Below are positions 12,287 to 21,925 of a stretch of 64,000 nucleotides of DNA, one piece after another. The notes beneath the pieces are model-generated. The model did no database searches, had not been told where the DNA came from, and was given only the letters and a program-made list of their open reading frames with translations. The position numbers and the translations under genes were made by a program. Source of the DNA: Gemmatimonadaceae bacterium (GTDB taxonomy: Bacteria; Gemmatimonadota; Gemmatimonadetes; Gemmatimonadales; Gemmatimonadaceae); the NCBI GenBank assembly GCA_031362845.1, contig JANLTI010000202.1, positions 11,420 through 75,419 on the forward strand, in the 5' to 3' direction. Within the stretch, counting starts at the first letter, position 1, and every line of letters starts with the position of its first letter.

Positions 12287-12411
12287 GGGCTCCCGATTGG
12301 ACGTTGACGCATCCGCGACCGGACAGGCCGCAACGTTATACGGCGGACGACCCTGGAAAGGTTCGTCCGCCGTATGAACTCCGCGTGCCGGATGAACTGC
12401 CGGCGCCTACG

Positions 12412-12834
12412 CTACTTCCCTGCGCCGGGCGTGTCCTTGGGCGGAACTCCGATGACCTTCACCCCGGACCCGCGCGATACATCCATGGCATGGACCACCT
12501 TTTCGTACTTCACCTTGGGATCACCCTTCACGAAGATGATCTTCTCGGGCCGAGGCTCGTAAATCTCCTTCAGCCGACGGCCGAGGTTCGCTTCGTCCAC
12601 CTTTTCCGAGTTGATCGAGTATCCGTCGGGACTGACTTCGAGCACGATCTGATTCGACTGCGCATTCGCGGGCGCGATGGACGGGGTGGGATCGGGCAGC
12701 TGCACGTCCACCGACTTCCGCATGCTCGGGATCGCGGCCATGAAGATGATGAGAAGCACCAGCAGCACGTCTATCATGGGCGTGACGTTGATCTCGTTCG
12801 TCAGGCCGCCGCTGCCACCAGACGAGAACGCCAT
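12412..12834 (-). CDS. exbD: ExbD/TolR biopolymer transport protein
   Basis: 140 aa with a single N-terminal TM and the NVTPMIDVLLVLLIIFM motif. Confidence 0.9.
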   Translation of the reverse strand: MAFSSGGSGGLTNEINVTPMIDVLLVLLIIFMAAIPSMRKSVDVQLPDPTPSIAPANAQSNQIVLEVSPDGYSINSEKVDEANLGRRLKEIYEPRPEKIIFVKGDPKVKYEKVVHAMDVSRGSGVKVIGVPPKDTPGAGK

Positions 12835-13313
12835 TATGGTGGCCCTCCAGTTGCGGAGCCAGGTGCCTTCGAGTCACCAACCACGGTGCTCGTCGTGCCC
12901 GGCTTCTGGTCGCTGATGAGCCCCACGACGCGCACGCCGTTCTTGCTCGCCATGTCCGTGGCGTCCACGACCTTGGAATACTCGATGTCCTTGTCGGCCT
13001 TCAGGTACATCACCTTGTCCGTGGTACGCACGTCGTAGATGCGCTTGATCTCGCCTTCGATCGCATCCTTCGAGATGGGCTTCTTGTTGAGGTAGTAGTT
13101 GCCATCGCGATCGATCCCGAGCACCTGATCGTTCTCCTCGTCCTCGGGATGGTCCTTGAGATTCTGCCCCTGCGGCGGAACCGCGTTGAACCCGGCGAGG
13201 AGGGCCGGCGTGACCACCATGAAAATGATGAGCAGCACGAGCATGACGTCGATCATGGGCGTCACGTTCGGCTCCGCCTTTACCCCGCCCCCACTGCTTG
13301 CAGACATTGCCAT
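12834..13313 (-). CDS. exbD: ExbD/TolR biopolymer transport protein (second copy)
   Basis: 159 aa with NVTPMIDVMLVLLIIFMV. 1-nt overlap with the downstream exbD. Confidence 0.9.
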   Translation of the reverse strand: MAMSASSGGGVKAEPNVTPMIDVMLVLLIIFMVVTPALLAGFNAVPPQGQNLKDHPEDEENDQVLGIDRDGNYYLNKKPISKDAIEGEIKRIYDVRTTDKVMYLKADKDIEYSKVVDATDMASKNGVRVVGLISDQKPGTTSTVVGDSKAPGSATGGPP

Positions 13314-13342
13314 CGAACGACCTCCTCAGGGAAGACGGACGG

Positions 13343-14080
13343 TCAGTTGGCGATCGGCGAGTTGCTGCCCGACGACGCGTTGAACTCGCGGGTGAAGCGC
13401 GACCGGCCGAACTCGCCCGACACACCCTTGATGAGGTAGTCGATCATCTCCTTGGAGACGTACGTCATCTCGGCGGTGAGGTTGTCGATCTTCGTCTGGA
13501 AGTAGTTGTAGCCCCACACCGCGGGGATCGCGACGAGCAGTCCGAACGCCGTGGTGCCGAGCGCCTCGGCGATGCCGGCGCCGATGGAGGCGAGACCGCC
13601 GGAACCGGAGGCGGCCATGCCCGTGAAGGCGTTGATGATGCCGACCGTAGTGCCGAGCAACCCGACGAAGGGCGCCGTGGCGCCGACCGTCGCCAGCACG
13701 GCGAGGCCGCGCTTCAGGTTCGTGATCTCGAGCAGCATGTTGCGCTCGACCGCGCGCTCCGCCGAGTTGATGTCGGACACGGTCACGGACCCGTCCTGGA
13801 TGAGCGGCTTCACTTCACCGAGAGCACCACCGAGCACGAGGGCGACGTGCGACTTCTTGTAGCTCTCTGCCAGCTTGATCGCCTCGGTGAGGTTGTCCTC
13901 CTCGAGAAACTGCGAGAACTCGGGCGCGAACTTGCGCGTCTCCTTCTGCGCGATGCGGAGGCTCCACCACTTCTGCACCATGACGGTGAGGGAGTAGATG
14001 GACATGATCGCCATCGTGACGACGACACCCTTGGCGAACATTCCCATCTGGTTCCAGAGGCCCATCAGTGACATATCCAT
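13343..14080 (-). CDS. exbB: MotA/TolQ/ExbB proton channel protein
   Basis: 245 aa, 3 TM. C-terminal signature APFVGLLGTTVGIINAF...IAEALGTTAFGLLVAIP. Confidence 0.92.
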   Translation of the reverse strand: MDMSLMGLWNQMGMFAKGVVVTMAIMSIYSLTVMVQKWWSLRIAQKETRKFAPEFSQFLEEDNLTEAIKLAESYKKSHVALVLGGALGEVKPLIQDGSVTVSDINSAERAVERNMLLEITNLKRGLAVLATVGATAPFVGLLGTTVGIINAFTGMAASGSGGLASIGAGIAEALGTTAFGLLVAIPAVWGYNYFQTKIDNLTAEMTYVSKEMIDYLIKGVSGEFGRSRFTREFNASSGSNSPIAN

Positions 14081-14113
14081 GAGGCATTCTCCCGAGGTAG
14101 GTCGCTTCTGTTG

Positions 14114-14830
14114 CTACTTGGTGAGCGCGAACGTGAAGGGCTGCTGGACCATCTGCTTGACCTTGCGACCGCCGATCTCGGCGGCGTAGAACCGCATGTT
14201 GGGCAGCACGTTCCGGACGGCCTGGGTGAAGCCGTCGTGGCTGGACTTCAGCACCTTGAACGTGCCCATCTCGGCCCGGCCCGTGGTGTCGACCACGAAC
14301 TGCGCCAGCACTTCGCCCTCGATGTTCGCCGACTTGAGCATGTCCGGATAGCGCGGCTGCGGCGAGCCCGACGCGGTCTGGACCTGCTTCTCGACCTGGA
14401 ACTCGAAGTACGGCTGATCGGTGTTGACCGGGGCCGTTCCGCCGACGACGCCTTTCGAGATGCCACCCGCGACGCCCTTGCCCGAGAAGTCCGCTTCATC
14501 GGTGACCTTCTTGGACAGGTCGATGTCGGGCAGCACGTCCGGCACCTTGATGGGCGCGGTGAGGACCTGGAAGCCCTTGGGCGGCGGCGGTGCGGCCACC
14601 ACGTCCTTGGGAATCGGCTTCGGCTCTTCCTTCGGCGGAGGCGGCTCGTCCTTCTTCTTCATCTCGACGAACTCCACCTTCTCCTGCTTCGGCTTCTCCA
14701 GCCCTTCCTTCGCCTGGAGCGTGCCGTACACGGCGCCGGTGATCAGAATGGCGTGTACGATGCCACTGAAGATCAGGCCACCCGTGGTCTTCTGCTTCGT
14801 CGGCTTGGACTCGATGAGATTATTGAACAT
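14114..14830 (-). CDS. tonB: TonB family energy transducer (paralog 2)
   Basis: N-terminal TM (GGLIFSGIVHAILITGAVYG). Lys/Glu/Pro spacer (KKKDEPPPPKEEPKPIPK). C-terminal TonB_C-like segment (YPDMLKSANIEGEVLAQFVVDTTGR). First gene of the cluster. Confidence 0.78.
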   Translation of the reverse strand: MFNNLIESKPTKQKTTGGLIFSGIVHAILITGAVYGTLQAKEGLEKPKQEKVEFVEMKKKDEPPPPKEEPKPIPKDVVAAPPPPKGFQVLTAPIKVPDVLPDIDLSKKVTDEADFSGKGVAGGISKGVVGGTAPVNTDQPYFEFQVEKQVQTASGSPQPRYPDMLKSANIEGEVLAQFVVDTTGRAEMGTFKVLKSSHDGFTQAVRNVLPNMRFYAAEIGGRKVKQMVQQPFTFALTK

Positions 14831-14945
14831 GTCCGCGTAATCCTTCCGTTGGCTGGGGGACGGGACACACCGCTGACGACAAGGAAAGTATCCTGCGTCA
14901 CACTATGTGCTACCCTCGGCGCATTAAGATTTCGTGAAGGGCGAG

Positions 14946-16571
14946 TTATTCTCCGATGTCGCGACCGACGTCCCTCGACCGTACCGCGACGGTCGTCGTG
15001 GCGGGCTCGTCGCCCGGTTCCCGCATCGCTCGCTCGGCCCGCGCATCCCGCAACTCCCGCTGCTCGGCGCTGAGCTGATCCGCCGCGGCCACGTCGGCGT
15101 CGGACTGCAGCGGCAGGGTGACGCTGAACACGGAACCACGCCCGAGCCTCGACTGGACCGTGATCCGTCCGCCGTGCGCCTGGGCGATCCACTGCGAGAT
15201 CGCCAGCCCGAGCCCGAAACCACCGCGCTCGCTCGCGCGTGAGCGAGCGCGGTCTGCGCGCCAGAAGCGATCGAAGACATGGCCGAGATCGGCCGCCGAA
15301 ATGCCGATGCCGGAATCGCGAACGGTGAATGCAATCTCTCCGCCCACGCGCTGGCTGAGGGAGAACTCGACCTTGCCCCCCCGCGCCGTGTACTTGATCG
15401 CGTTGGTGATGATGTTGAGGAACAGCTGCCGCAGCCGGCGGGCGTCGCCGTCCACCCATCCTTCCTCGAGAACGGACATCGACACGTCGAGACCGGCGTG
15501 CTCGCCGAGAATCACCGCGGTCTCATAGACGTCGCGGACGAGCGGCCCGAGCGCGATGGGTTCACGGTGGATGTCGAAGCGGCCCTCGTCGGCGCGGGCC
15601 AGGGTGAGCAGGCTGTCGACGAGATCCGCCATCCGGGTCGTCTCCTGGAGCGCTTCCTCGAGCGCCTGCATGGCCTCGCTGCCCGCCGCGTTGGGATGCA
15701 TGGCGCGCTCGACGTCGGCGCGGAGCACGGTCAGCGGCGTCTTGAGCTCGTGACTGGCATCGGCGGTGAACCGACGGAGCGCGCCGAACGACGACTCCAG
15801 TCGCCCGATCATCGCGTTCAGTGTCGTGCCCAGACGCGAGAGCTCCTCGTTGCCCAGGTCGGACGGCAGGCGCCTGTGCAGCGATCGACCGTCGGTGATC
15901 GCCTCGACTTCGTTGATGAGGCGTTCCACCGGCTCCATCGCCCGGCCCGCGATGACATACGAGGCCGCGACGGAGACGAGCACGATCACCGGCAGGACGA
16001 TGAGCATCGTGCCGACGAGCAACGGAGGTCCCAGCTCGGCGATCGACGTCGGGACGCCGGCGACGACACGCGTGATGTTCGGCAGCAGCGTGGGATCGCG
16101 GCGCGCGGCGAGCAGCAGGCGACCGCCGAAAAGCGAGTCCGACACTTCCACGCTGATGCCCTGGCCGCCCGGCACGAGGCCGACCGCGGCTTCATCGATG
16201 GCCGACCGGTCCTCGTCCGGTAGCTGGCGGATACCGATCGAGCTGTAGATCTGGCGGTCGTCGCGGTCGTACACGATGAAGTAGCCCGGCACGCGCTCGA
16301 GCAGCGAGCGCAGGTCCTCCGTGGCGTACACTCGCGTTCCATGGCGCCCGGATCCCTCGCCCGCCGCGCGCTCGACCGTGAGCGTGGTGCCCTCGCGCGA
16401 CGCGGCGCGCAGGAATGCGAGGGCGCGGTCGCCCTGCCCCAGCGCGGCGGTGCCGAGTTCCTGCTGCCGGCGGGCATTGCGCGCGAAGTGCAGTGCGCCG
16501 GCAAAGATGATGAGATTGCCGACGAGTGCGAACGCATAGGCGACCGTCAGGCGCGCGCGCAGGGATGTCAT
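14946..16571 (-). CDS. sensor histidine kinase (periplasmic loop, HAMP, HisKA, HATPase)
   Basis: H-box ADASHELKTPLTVL. N box NAIKYT, G boxes DSGIGI and GFGLGLAISQ. About 60 aa charged C-terminal tail. Confidence 0.88.
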   Translation of the reverse strand: MTSLRARLTVAYAFALVGNLIIFAGALHFARNARRQQELGTAALGQGDRALAFLRAASREGTTLTVERAAGEGSGRHGTRVYATEDLRSLLERVPGYFIVYDRDDRQIYSSIGIRQLPDEDRSAIDEAAVGLVPGGQGISVEVSDSLFGGRLLLAARRDPTLLPNITRVVAGVPTSIAELGPPLLVGTMLIVLPVIVLVSVAASYVIAGRAMEPVERLINEVEAITDGRSLHRRLPSDLGNEELSRLGTTLNAMIGRLESSFGALRRFTADASHELKTPLTVLRADVERAMHPNAAGSEAMQALEEALQETTRMADLVDSLLTLARADEGRFDIHREPIALGPLVRDVYETAVILGEHAGLDVSMSVLEEGWVDGDARRLRQLFLNIITNAIKYTARGGKVEFSLSQRVGGEIAFTVRDSGIGISAADLGHVFDRFWRADRARSRASERGGFGLGLAISQWIAQAHGGRITVQSRLGRGSVFSVTLPLQSDADVAAADQLSAEQRELRDARAERAMREPGDEPATTTVAVRSRDVGRDIGE

Positions 16572-16572
16572 C

Positions 16573-17241
16573 CTACTCCTTGAGCACGTAGCCGACGCCG
16601 CGCACAGTGGTGATGAGCTTCCGTGCGTGCCGGGCGTCCACCTTCTTGCGGAGGTGGTTGATCACGACGTCCACGATGTTCGTGCCCGGGTCGAAGTGAT
16701 ATCCCCAGGCGTATTCCGTGATGAGGGTTCGGCTCATGACGCGGCCCGCGTGTCGGGCGAGATACTCCAGCACCGTGTACTCCTTCGCCGTGAGCTCGAT
16801 CAAGTCCCCGCCGCGCCTCACTTCGCGCGTCGCCTGATCGATCGCCAGATCCCCCACCTGCAGTATCGGCGAGGCGAGCGCACGCGGCCTCCGGGCGAGT
16901 GCCTCCACGCGGGCGAGCAGTTCCTCGAAGGCGAAGGGCTTCGTGACATAATCGTCAGCGCCGGCGCGGAGTGTGGCGACCTTCGCGTCCACCGCGTCCT
17001 GCGCGGTAAGCACCAGCACCGGGCGTTCGAACCCCCTCGCGCGCAGCGACCGCAGCACCTCGATGCCGCTCTTGCCCGGCAGCCGCATGTCGAGGACGAT
17101 GAGGTCGTACGCCTCCGAGCTCGCCCGCCGCTCACCTTCCTCGCCGTCCGTGGTGAGGTCCACCGCGCACCGGTGCTCCTCCAGTCCGCGTTTCACGTAC
17201 TGCCCCACGGTGGGATCGTCCTCGATCACGAGGATGCGCAT
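16573..17241 (-). CDS. OmpR-family response regulator (REC + winged helix)
   Basis: MRILVIEDD...DLIVLDMRLPG receiver, KPF motif, C-terminal trans_reg_C (LTAKEYTVLEYL...VRGVGYVL). Confidence 0.93.
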   Translation of the reverse strand: MRILVIEDDPTVGQYVKRGLEEHRCAVDLTTDGEEGERRASSEAYDLIVLDMRLPGKSGIEVLRSLRARGFERPVLVLTAQDAVDAKVATLRAGADDYVTKPFAFEELLARVEALARRPRALASPILQVGDLAIDQATREVRRGGDLIELTAKEYTVLEYLARHAGRVMSRTLITEYAWGYHFDPGTNIVDVVINHLRKKVDARHARKLITTVRGVGYVLKE

Positions 17242-17247
17242 GGCGCG

Positions 17248-18603
17248 CTACTCCTCGCCGCCGGGACGCCGAAAGTTGTACTCCCGGATCTTCCTGTACA
17301 GTGTCTTGGAGCTGATGCCGAGCGTCGAGGCGGCCTTGCCCTGATGCCAGTTGGTGTTGTGCAGCACGGTCTCGATGTGTCGTCGCTCGAGTTCGGCCAG
17401 CGAGATCGCGGGCGACGAGACCGGCGTCGGCTCGTGGCCGGGCAGCTGAAGCGGCAGGTCTGCGGCGCGAATCTGCGGGCCCTGCGCCAGCAGCACTGCC
17501 CGCTCCATGACGTTCTTCAGTTCCCGCACGTTGCCGGGCCATTGGTACCGTACGAGCAGCTCGAGCGCATCGGGGGCGAGCGTGGGTGGTGTCGCCTTGC
17601 CGTATTGCTTGAGGAACTGCCGTGCGATGAGCGGAATGTCCACGGCGCGGTCGCGCAACGGCGGCAGTTCAATCGCGATGGTGTTGATGCGATAGAAGAG
17701 ATCGTCGCGAAACAGGCCGTCGCTCACCCGGTCGGCGAGGTCACGGTTCGTGGCGGCGAGCACACGCACGTCCACCTCGACCTTCTGGGTACCGCCAACG
17801 CGATAGAAGCTGCGCTGGTCGAGCGCCCGCAACAGCTTGCCCTGCAGCTTGGAAGACAGCTCGCTGATCTCGTCGAGGAACAGCGTGCCGCCCGCGGCGA
17901 GCTCCATGAGCCCGAGCTTGCGCTCGTCCGCGCCGGGAAAGGCATTCCGCTCGTGGCCAAACAGCTCGCTCTCCAGGAGTCCCTCCGTGAGCGCGGCGCA
18001 GCCGACGTCCACGAACGGTCCGCTGCGCGCCGACAGCCGGTGCAGCATGTGCGCGACGAGCTCCTTTCCCGTGCCCGACTCGCCACTGATGAGCACCGGC
18101 GAGTCACTCGGCGCCACGCGAGCGATGGCATCGAGCACGGCGAGCAGCGGGGCGTACTGCGTCGTGATCTCCAGCGCGCCACCGGCGCGGTCGAGCTGCG
18201 ACTGGAAGAGCACGTTCTCTCGCGCGAGCCGGCGCTTTTCCCATGCGCGCCGGACGAGCACGTCGATCTCGGCCATGCGATACGGCTTCGCCATGTAGTC
18301 GTAGGCGCCCAGCTTCATCGCGCTGATGGCGGTCTCGATCGTCCCGTTGCCGGTGATGATGATGACCTCCGGCGGATCGGCGTCGGCACGCACCTGCTTC
18401 AACACCTCGAGCCCGTCGAGCTCGGGCATGACGATGTCGAGCAACGCGACATCGTACGCCTCCGCCCGGAGCGACTCGAGCGCCGCGCGGCCGTCGGTCA
18501 CCGTGTGCACGGCGTAGCCGCGCCCACCGAGAAAGTTGGAGAGGATCTGTCCCAGGTGCACCTCGTCTTCGGCGACGAGCACCTTGATCTTCGAATCACT
18601 CAT
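17248..18603 (-). CDS. NtrC-family (sigma-54-type) response regulator: REC, AAA+, Fis-type HTH
   Basis: Walker A GESGTGKE, GGTLFLDEI, R-finger region, C-terminal HTH GKAASTLGISSKTLYRKI. The GAFTGA loop reads NAFPGA (see findings). ATGA overlap with the upstream kinase (tcat 18600-18603). Confidence 0.9.
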   Translation of the reverse strand: MSDSKIKVLVAEDEVHLGQILSNFLGGRGYAVHTVTDGRAALESLRAEAYDVALLDIVMPELDGLEVLKQVRADADPPEVIIITGNGTIETAISAMKLGAYDYMAKPYRMAEIDVLVRRAWEKRRLARENVLFQSQLDRAGGALEITTQYAPLLAVLDAIARVAPSDSPVLISGESGTGKELVAHMLHRLSARSGPFVDVGCAALTEGLLESELFGHERNAFPGADERKLGLMELAAGGTLFLDEISELSSKLQGKLLRALDQRSFYRVGGTQKVEVDVRVLAATNRDLADRVSDGLFRDDLFYRINTIAIELPPLRDRAVDIPLIARQFLKQYGKATPPTLAPDALELLVRYQWPGNVRELKNVMERAVLLAQGPQIRAADLPLQLPGHEPTPVSSPAISLAELERRHIETVLHNTNWHQGKAASTLGISSKTLYRKIREYNFRRPGGEE

Positions 18604-20042
18604 GTCGCGTCTCCCGTTTCGTCTGCGCGAGGCAGGAGGATGCGAAAGACGCTTCCCTCCCCTGGCGTGCTCTCGACCTCGATGCGCCCGCCGTGCTCGG
18701 CGATGATCGCATAGCAGATCGACAGTCCCAGGCCAGTGCCCCGACCCGGCGCCTTGGTCGTGAAGAACGGCTCGAAGATCTTCGTCAGCTCGGCCCGCCG
18801 GATCCCTTCCCCCTGGTCGACGATCTCGGCGACGACCGACCGAGCGTCGTCACCCCACTTGGTACGGAGCGCGACGGTGCCACGCTCCTGCATGGCGTCC
18901 ATCGCGTTCAGGAGGAGCGCCATGAAGACCTGCACGAGCTGCTCCTCGTTCGCGCGCACGACCTGGCCGAGCGAACGATCCAGATCGAGTTTCACCTGCA
19001 GCTTCTTGAAGCGCGTGTGATGTTTCAGCACGAACAGCGTCCGCTCGATCGCGGCGTTGACGTCGAGCATGGTCTTGTCGGCCGACTTCGGGCGGCTGAA
19101 GTCGAGCAGCGAATCGACGATGCCCTTGCAGCGGAGCACCTCGCTCTGGATCAGCCGGAAGCCATCGGCGACGTCGGGCGGGGCGGACTCGTACGTGAGC
19201 TCCATGCTCTCCGCGCACGCGGCGATCGTGGCGAGCGGATTGTTGATCTCGTGCATCACGCCCGCGGCAAGCGTGCCGATGGCCGCGAGTTTTTCCGCTT
19301 GCGAGAAGCGATCCTGTGCCTGACGCCATTCCGTGACGTCCTCGCCGACGGTGATGACGTGCGTCACCGGGCCATTGTCGAGCCGCATCGGAATCTTCGA
19401 CAGGCGATACGTGCGCAACTCGCCCGTGGCCGTGGACTCCATCTGGAAGATCTGCAGCCGGCCGGTGGCGAAGACCTCGTCGAACTCGCGACGGAGTACG
19501 GTGGCGGGCTGCCGATGAAGGATTTCGAAGATCGTTCGCCCGATGGCTTCTTCGCGGGAGACGCCCTGCATGCCCGTCTCGCGCTTGCGATTCCAGACCG
19601 AGATCCGGTACTCCCGGTCGATCACGTACAGGCCGACGGGGAGTGAGTCGATGATCCGTTCGGTGACGCGCCGCTCACGATCGATCTGTCGCGTGCGTTC
19701 GATGACCTCGCTTTCCAGCCGATGCGCGTACGCCGCCTGTCGTAGCACAGGGGCGAGGATATCGGCCACCGTGGCGAGGAAGGTTCGCTCGGCCGGTGAG
19801 AGCGTGGTCGTGGGCGTGAGGACCAGCGCGCCCAGGGGATGGTGCGCCGCGTCGAGCCGCACGACGATGATGTCACCGGCATCGCGAGAGCGCTGGGCCA
19901 CGCGCGCGCGCACGACAGAGGCCGTCGGCGGCGGCGCGCCGACGCGCGACTTGCACCGCAACTCCATCTCGTCCATCAGCCAGAGGGAGACGCTCGACGC
20001 CGACACCGTGTCGGCGACGCGAGCGAGCACGCCGCCCAGCAC
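18600..20042 (-). CDS. sensor histidine kinase (GAF-like, PAS, HisKA, HATPase); start uncertain
   Basis: H-box [14 protein letters not shown] box [10 protein letters not shown] boxes DQGEGI and [13 protein letters not shown] 20042 is the first canonical start, but domain-like sequence continues upstream (see findings). Confidence 0.85.
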   Translation of the reverse strand: MLGGVLARVADTVSASSVSLWLMDEMELRCKSRVGAPPPTASVVRARVAQRSRDAGDIIVVRLDAAHHPLGALVLTPTTTLSPAERTFLATVADILAPVLRQAAYAHRLESEVIERTRQIDRERRVTERIIDSLPVGLYVIDREYRISVWNRKRETGMQGVSREEAIGRTIFEILHRQPATVLRREFDEVFATGRLQIFQMESTATGELRTYRLSKIPMRLDNGPVTHVITVGEDVTEWRQAQDRFSQAEKLAAIGTLAAGVMHEINNPLATIAACAESMELTYESAPPDVADGFRLIQSEVLRCKGIVDSLLDFSRPKSADKTMLDVNAAIERTLFVLKHHTRFKKLQVKLDLDRSLGQVVRANEEQLVQVFMALLLNAMDAMQERGTVALRTKWGDDARSVVAEIVDQGEGIRRAELTKIFEPFFTTKAPGRGTGLGLSICYAIIAEHGGRIEVESTPGEGSVFRILLPRADETGDAT

Positions 20043-20260
20043 CTCGGTTGGCGCGTCGCCCGTGGCGAGCGCGGCCGCGATCTGCGCGAGGGCCGAGAGG
20101 AGCGGAGGATCTTCGCGAGGGCTCGTCGGGTTGCGAGCGAGTTCGATCTCCTCGCCCGTCAGCGTACCGGACGCACCGTGCGGCGACGAGGAAGCGGTCA
20201 GAGTTTAGCTCGATGTGAGAGACGAGCCAGTATAGGACGAAATGTCCGAGCGGACAAGAT

Positions 20261-20282
20261 GACCGAGCGAAATACTTCGGTC
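20261..20282 (-). terminator. possible hairpin terminator after the peroxiredoxin gene
   Basis: GACCGA (20261-20266) pairs with TCGGTC (20277-20282) around a 10-nt loop, 12 nt downstream of the stop at 20294. There is no clean U-tract. Confidence 0.35.
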
Positions 20283-20293
20283 AGCTCTGCGGG

Positions 20294-20758
20294 TCAGGCG
20301 AGCGCGCGCACCTGCTCGAGCAGCTCGGCGTTCGTGCGCTTCTGCGACGGATTGGCCTCGACGTGCTCCCATCGAATGATGCCGTTGCGGTCGAGGAGGA
20401 AATACGCGCGCGTGGAGAAGAACCGGTCTTCGATCAGCACGCCGTACCGCCGCGAGATGTCCCGCTTGAAATCGCTGAGGAGGTCGGCAGTCATGGCGAA
20501 CTTGCTCTTGAACTCACCGAGCGTGGGCGTGGAGTCCACGCTGATGGGCAACACGACGGTATCGGCGCTGGCGAACTCGCTCCAGTCATCCCGCATGTCG
20601 CAGAGCTCCTCGGTACAGGTGCTGGTGAACGCCAGCGGAAAGAAGGCGAGCAGGACGTTCCGTCCGCGAAGACCGGAGAGCGTGACGGCCTGTCCGGACG
20701 TGGACGGAAGGGTGAAGTCGGGCGCGAGCGTTCCGACCGCGGGGACGGCTGTGGTCAT
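20294..20758 (-). CDS. peroxiredoxin, AhpE-like (AhpC/TSA family)
   Basis: 154 aa. [11 protein letters not shown]...[20 protein letters not shown], with the peroxidatic Cys in the classic PxxxT/SxxC context. Confidence 0.9.
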   Translation of the reverse strand: MTTAVPAVGTLAPDFTLPSTSGQAVTLSGLRGRNVLLAFFPLAFTSTCTEELCDMRDDWSEFASADTVVLPISVDSTPTLGEFKSKFAMTADLLSDFKRDISRRYGVLIEDRFFSTRAYFLLDRNGIIRWEHVEANPSQKRTNAELLEQVRALA

Positions 20759-21112
20759 CGTGCAGAAACCGAGGAGTGGGGAAACAGTGGAACGTCAACC
20801 ATAACGGAATGCTTCGGCGGTGGAACCGGTTCGCGCAGCGAGCGCGAGCGATTGCGGTTGACGGCTTGCTTGCATGACCGAGACGTTACGCGAATGTTGC
20901 ACGTCGAGCACAAAGTACCTGCGATCCGCATCACTTCCGTGGCCGAAGTGCGCGGACTGTACTTCGTTTCGTGCATGAATGACACGAATGCGTTGACCAG
21001 GCATGCACTTACGGAGTAGCTTGAGGGAGCGCGACTCACGCGACGCGGGTGCGGCGTGGAGGGTGGGGCCGGATGAGCCGGCCGCCGCGCACTTCAGGAA
21101 AGGAGTACTCGC

Positions 21113-21925
21113 ATGACACGCAAGCATTTTCTGCTCGTGAGCGACTTCGACCAGACGCTCAGCTTCAACGATTCCGGCCATGTGTTGAGCGAGATGCTGG
21201 GCATCACCACGTTCGCCGAAAAGGTGGCGGGTCTGTCGCACCAGAACCTCGTGCAATCGGGGGCTGAACTCTCGTACCTGTTGCTGCACGATCCGGAGTT
21301 CCGTCGCGTGCGCCAGGCGGATCTGATCGCGGTGGGCAAGCGGATCCGGCTCAAGCGGAACATCGCGCTGCTCACCGCGTGCCTGGACCGGGGCATCGAG
21401 GGACATCGGTTCGAGTTCTACGTGGTGTCGGCGGCGCCGGAGGATGTCGTGCACTCCGCGCTCGAGGGCATCGTGCCGCGCGAGCGGATCATCGGCACGC
21501 GATTCGTCTATGACGAAATGACGGGCGAGATCGCATCCATTCTTCGCGTGCCGGCCGGCTATGGAAAGGTCGCAGCGGTGAACCAGTTGCGCGAATCGCT
21601 GGGTATGCCGGGCGAGCGCGTCGTGTATGTGGGAGACGGGAGTTCCGACATTCACGTCATGCTGCACGTGAACCGGTGCGACGGCCTCACCATCGCGGCA
21701 TCCGAAGCACGGCACATCGCGAGCATCGCGCGACGCACGGTGATGAGCGACGACGCCCTGAGCGTCCTGATTCCCGTGCTGGAGGACATTCTCGGCTACG
21801 ATCGACCGAAGGTTCGGGCGCTGTTCGAACACCACGGCGTGCTGATCCAGGAGTGGGACCGCGTGCGCACGGACTGGCTCACGATCCGCGATGGCCGGCG
21901 TCAGGTGGCGGGAGCACGCGCGTGA
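21113..21925 (+). CDS. HAD-superfamily hydrolase (subfamily IB, phosphoserine-phosphatase-like)
   Basis: Motif [10 protein letters not shown] (DxDxT). Motif [21 protein letters not shown] precedes the ATG. Confidence 0.8.
   Translation: MTRKHFLLVSDFDQTLSFNDSGHVLSEMLGITTFAEKVAGLSHQNLVQSGAELSYLLLHDPEFRRVRQADLIAVGKRIRLKRNIALLTACLDRGIEGHRFEFYVVSAAPEDVVHSALEGIVPRERIIGTRFVYDEMTGEIASILRVPAGYGKVAAVNQLRESLGMPGERVVYVGDGSSDIHVMLHVNRCDGLTIAASEARHIASIARRTVMSDDALSVLIPVLEDILGYDRPKVRALFEHHGVLIQEWDRVRTDWLTIRDGRRQVAGARA

Noticed and set aside
16627-18714. 695-aa plus-strand ORF.
   Set aside because: It runs antisense to the OmpR-type and NtrC-type regulator genes, which have clear motifs. The product is R/H/E/D-rich with no motifs, so it is a shadow ORF.
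20821-20834. Possible sigma-54 -24/-12 promoter TGGAACCGGTTCGC upstream of the HAD gene.
   Set aside because: It departs from TGGCAC-N5-TTGC at several positions, and the GG-to-GC spacing is one nt short. It lies about 280 nt from the start codon. It cannot be supported without a computational scan.
20795-21835. 346-aa minus-strand ORF opposite the HAD gene.
   Set aside because: It has no recognisable family, is His/Arg-rich, and overlaps a plus-strand ORF with clean HAD motifs and a ribosome-binding site.
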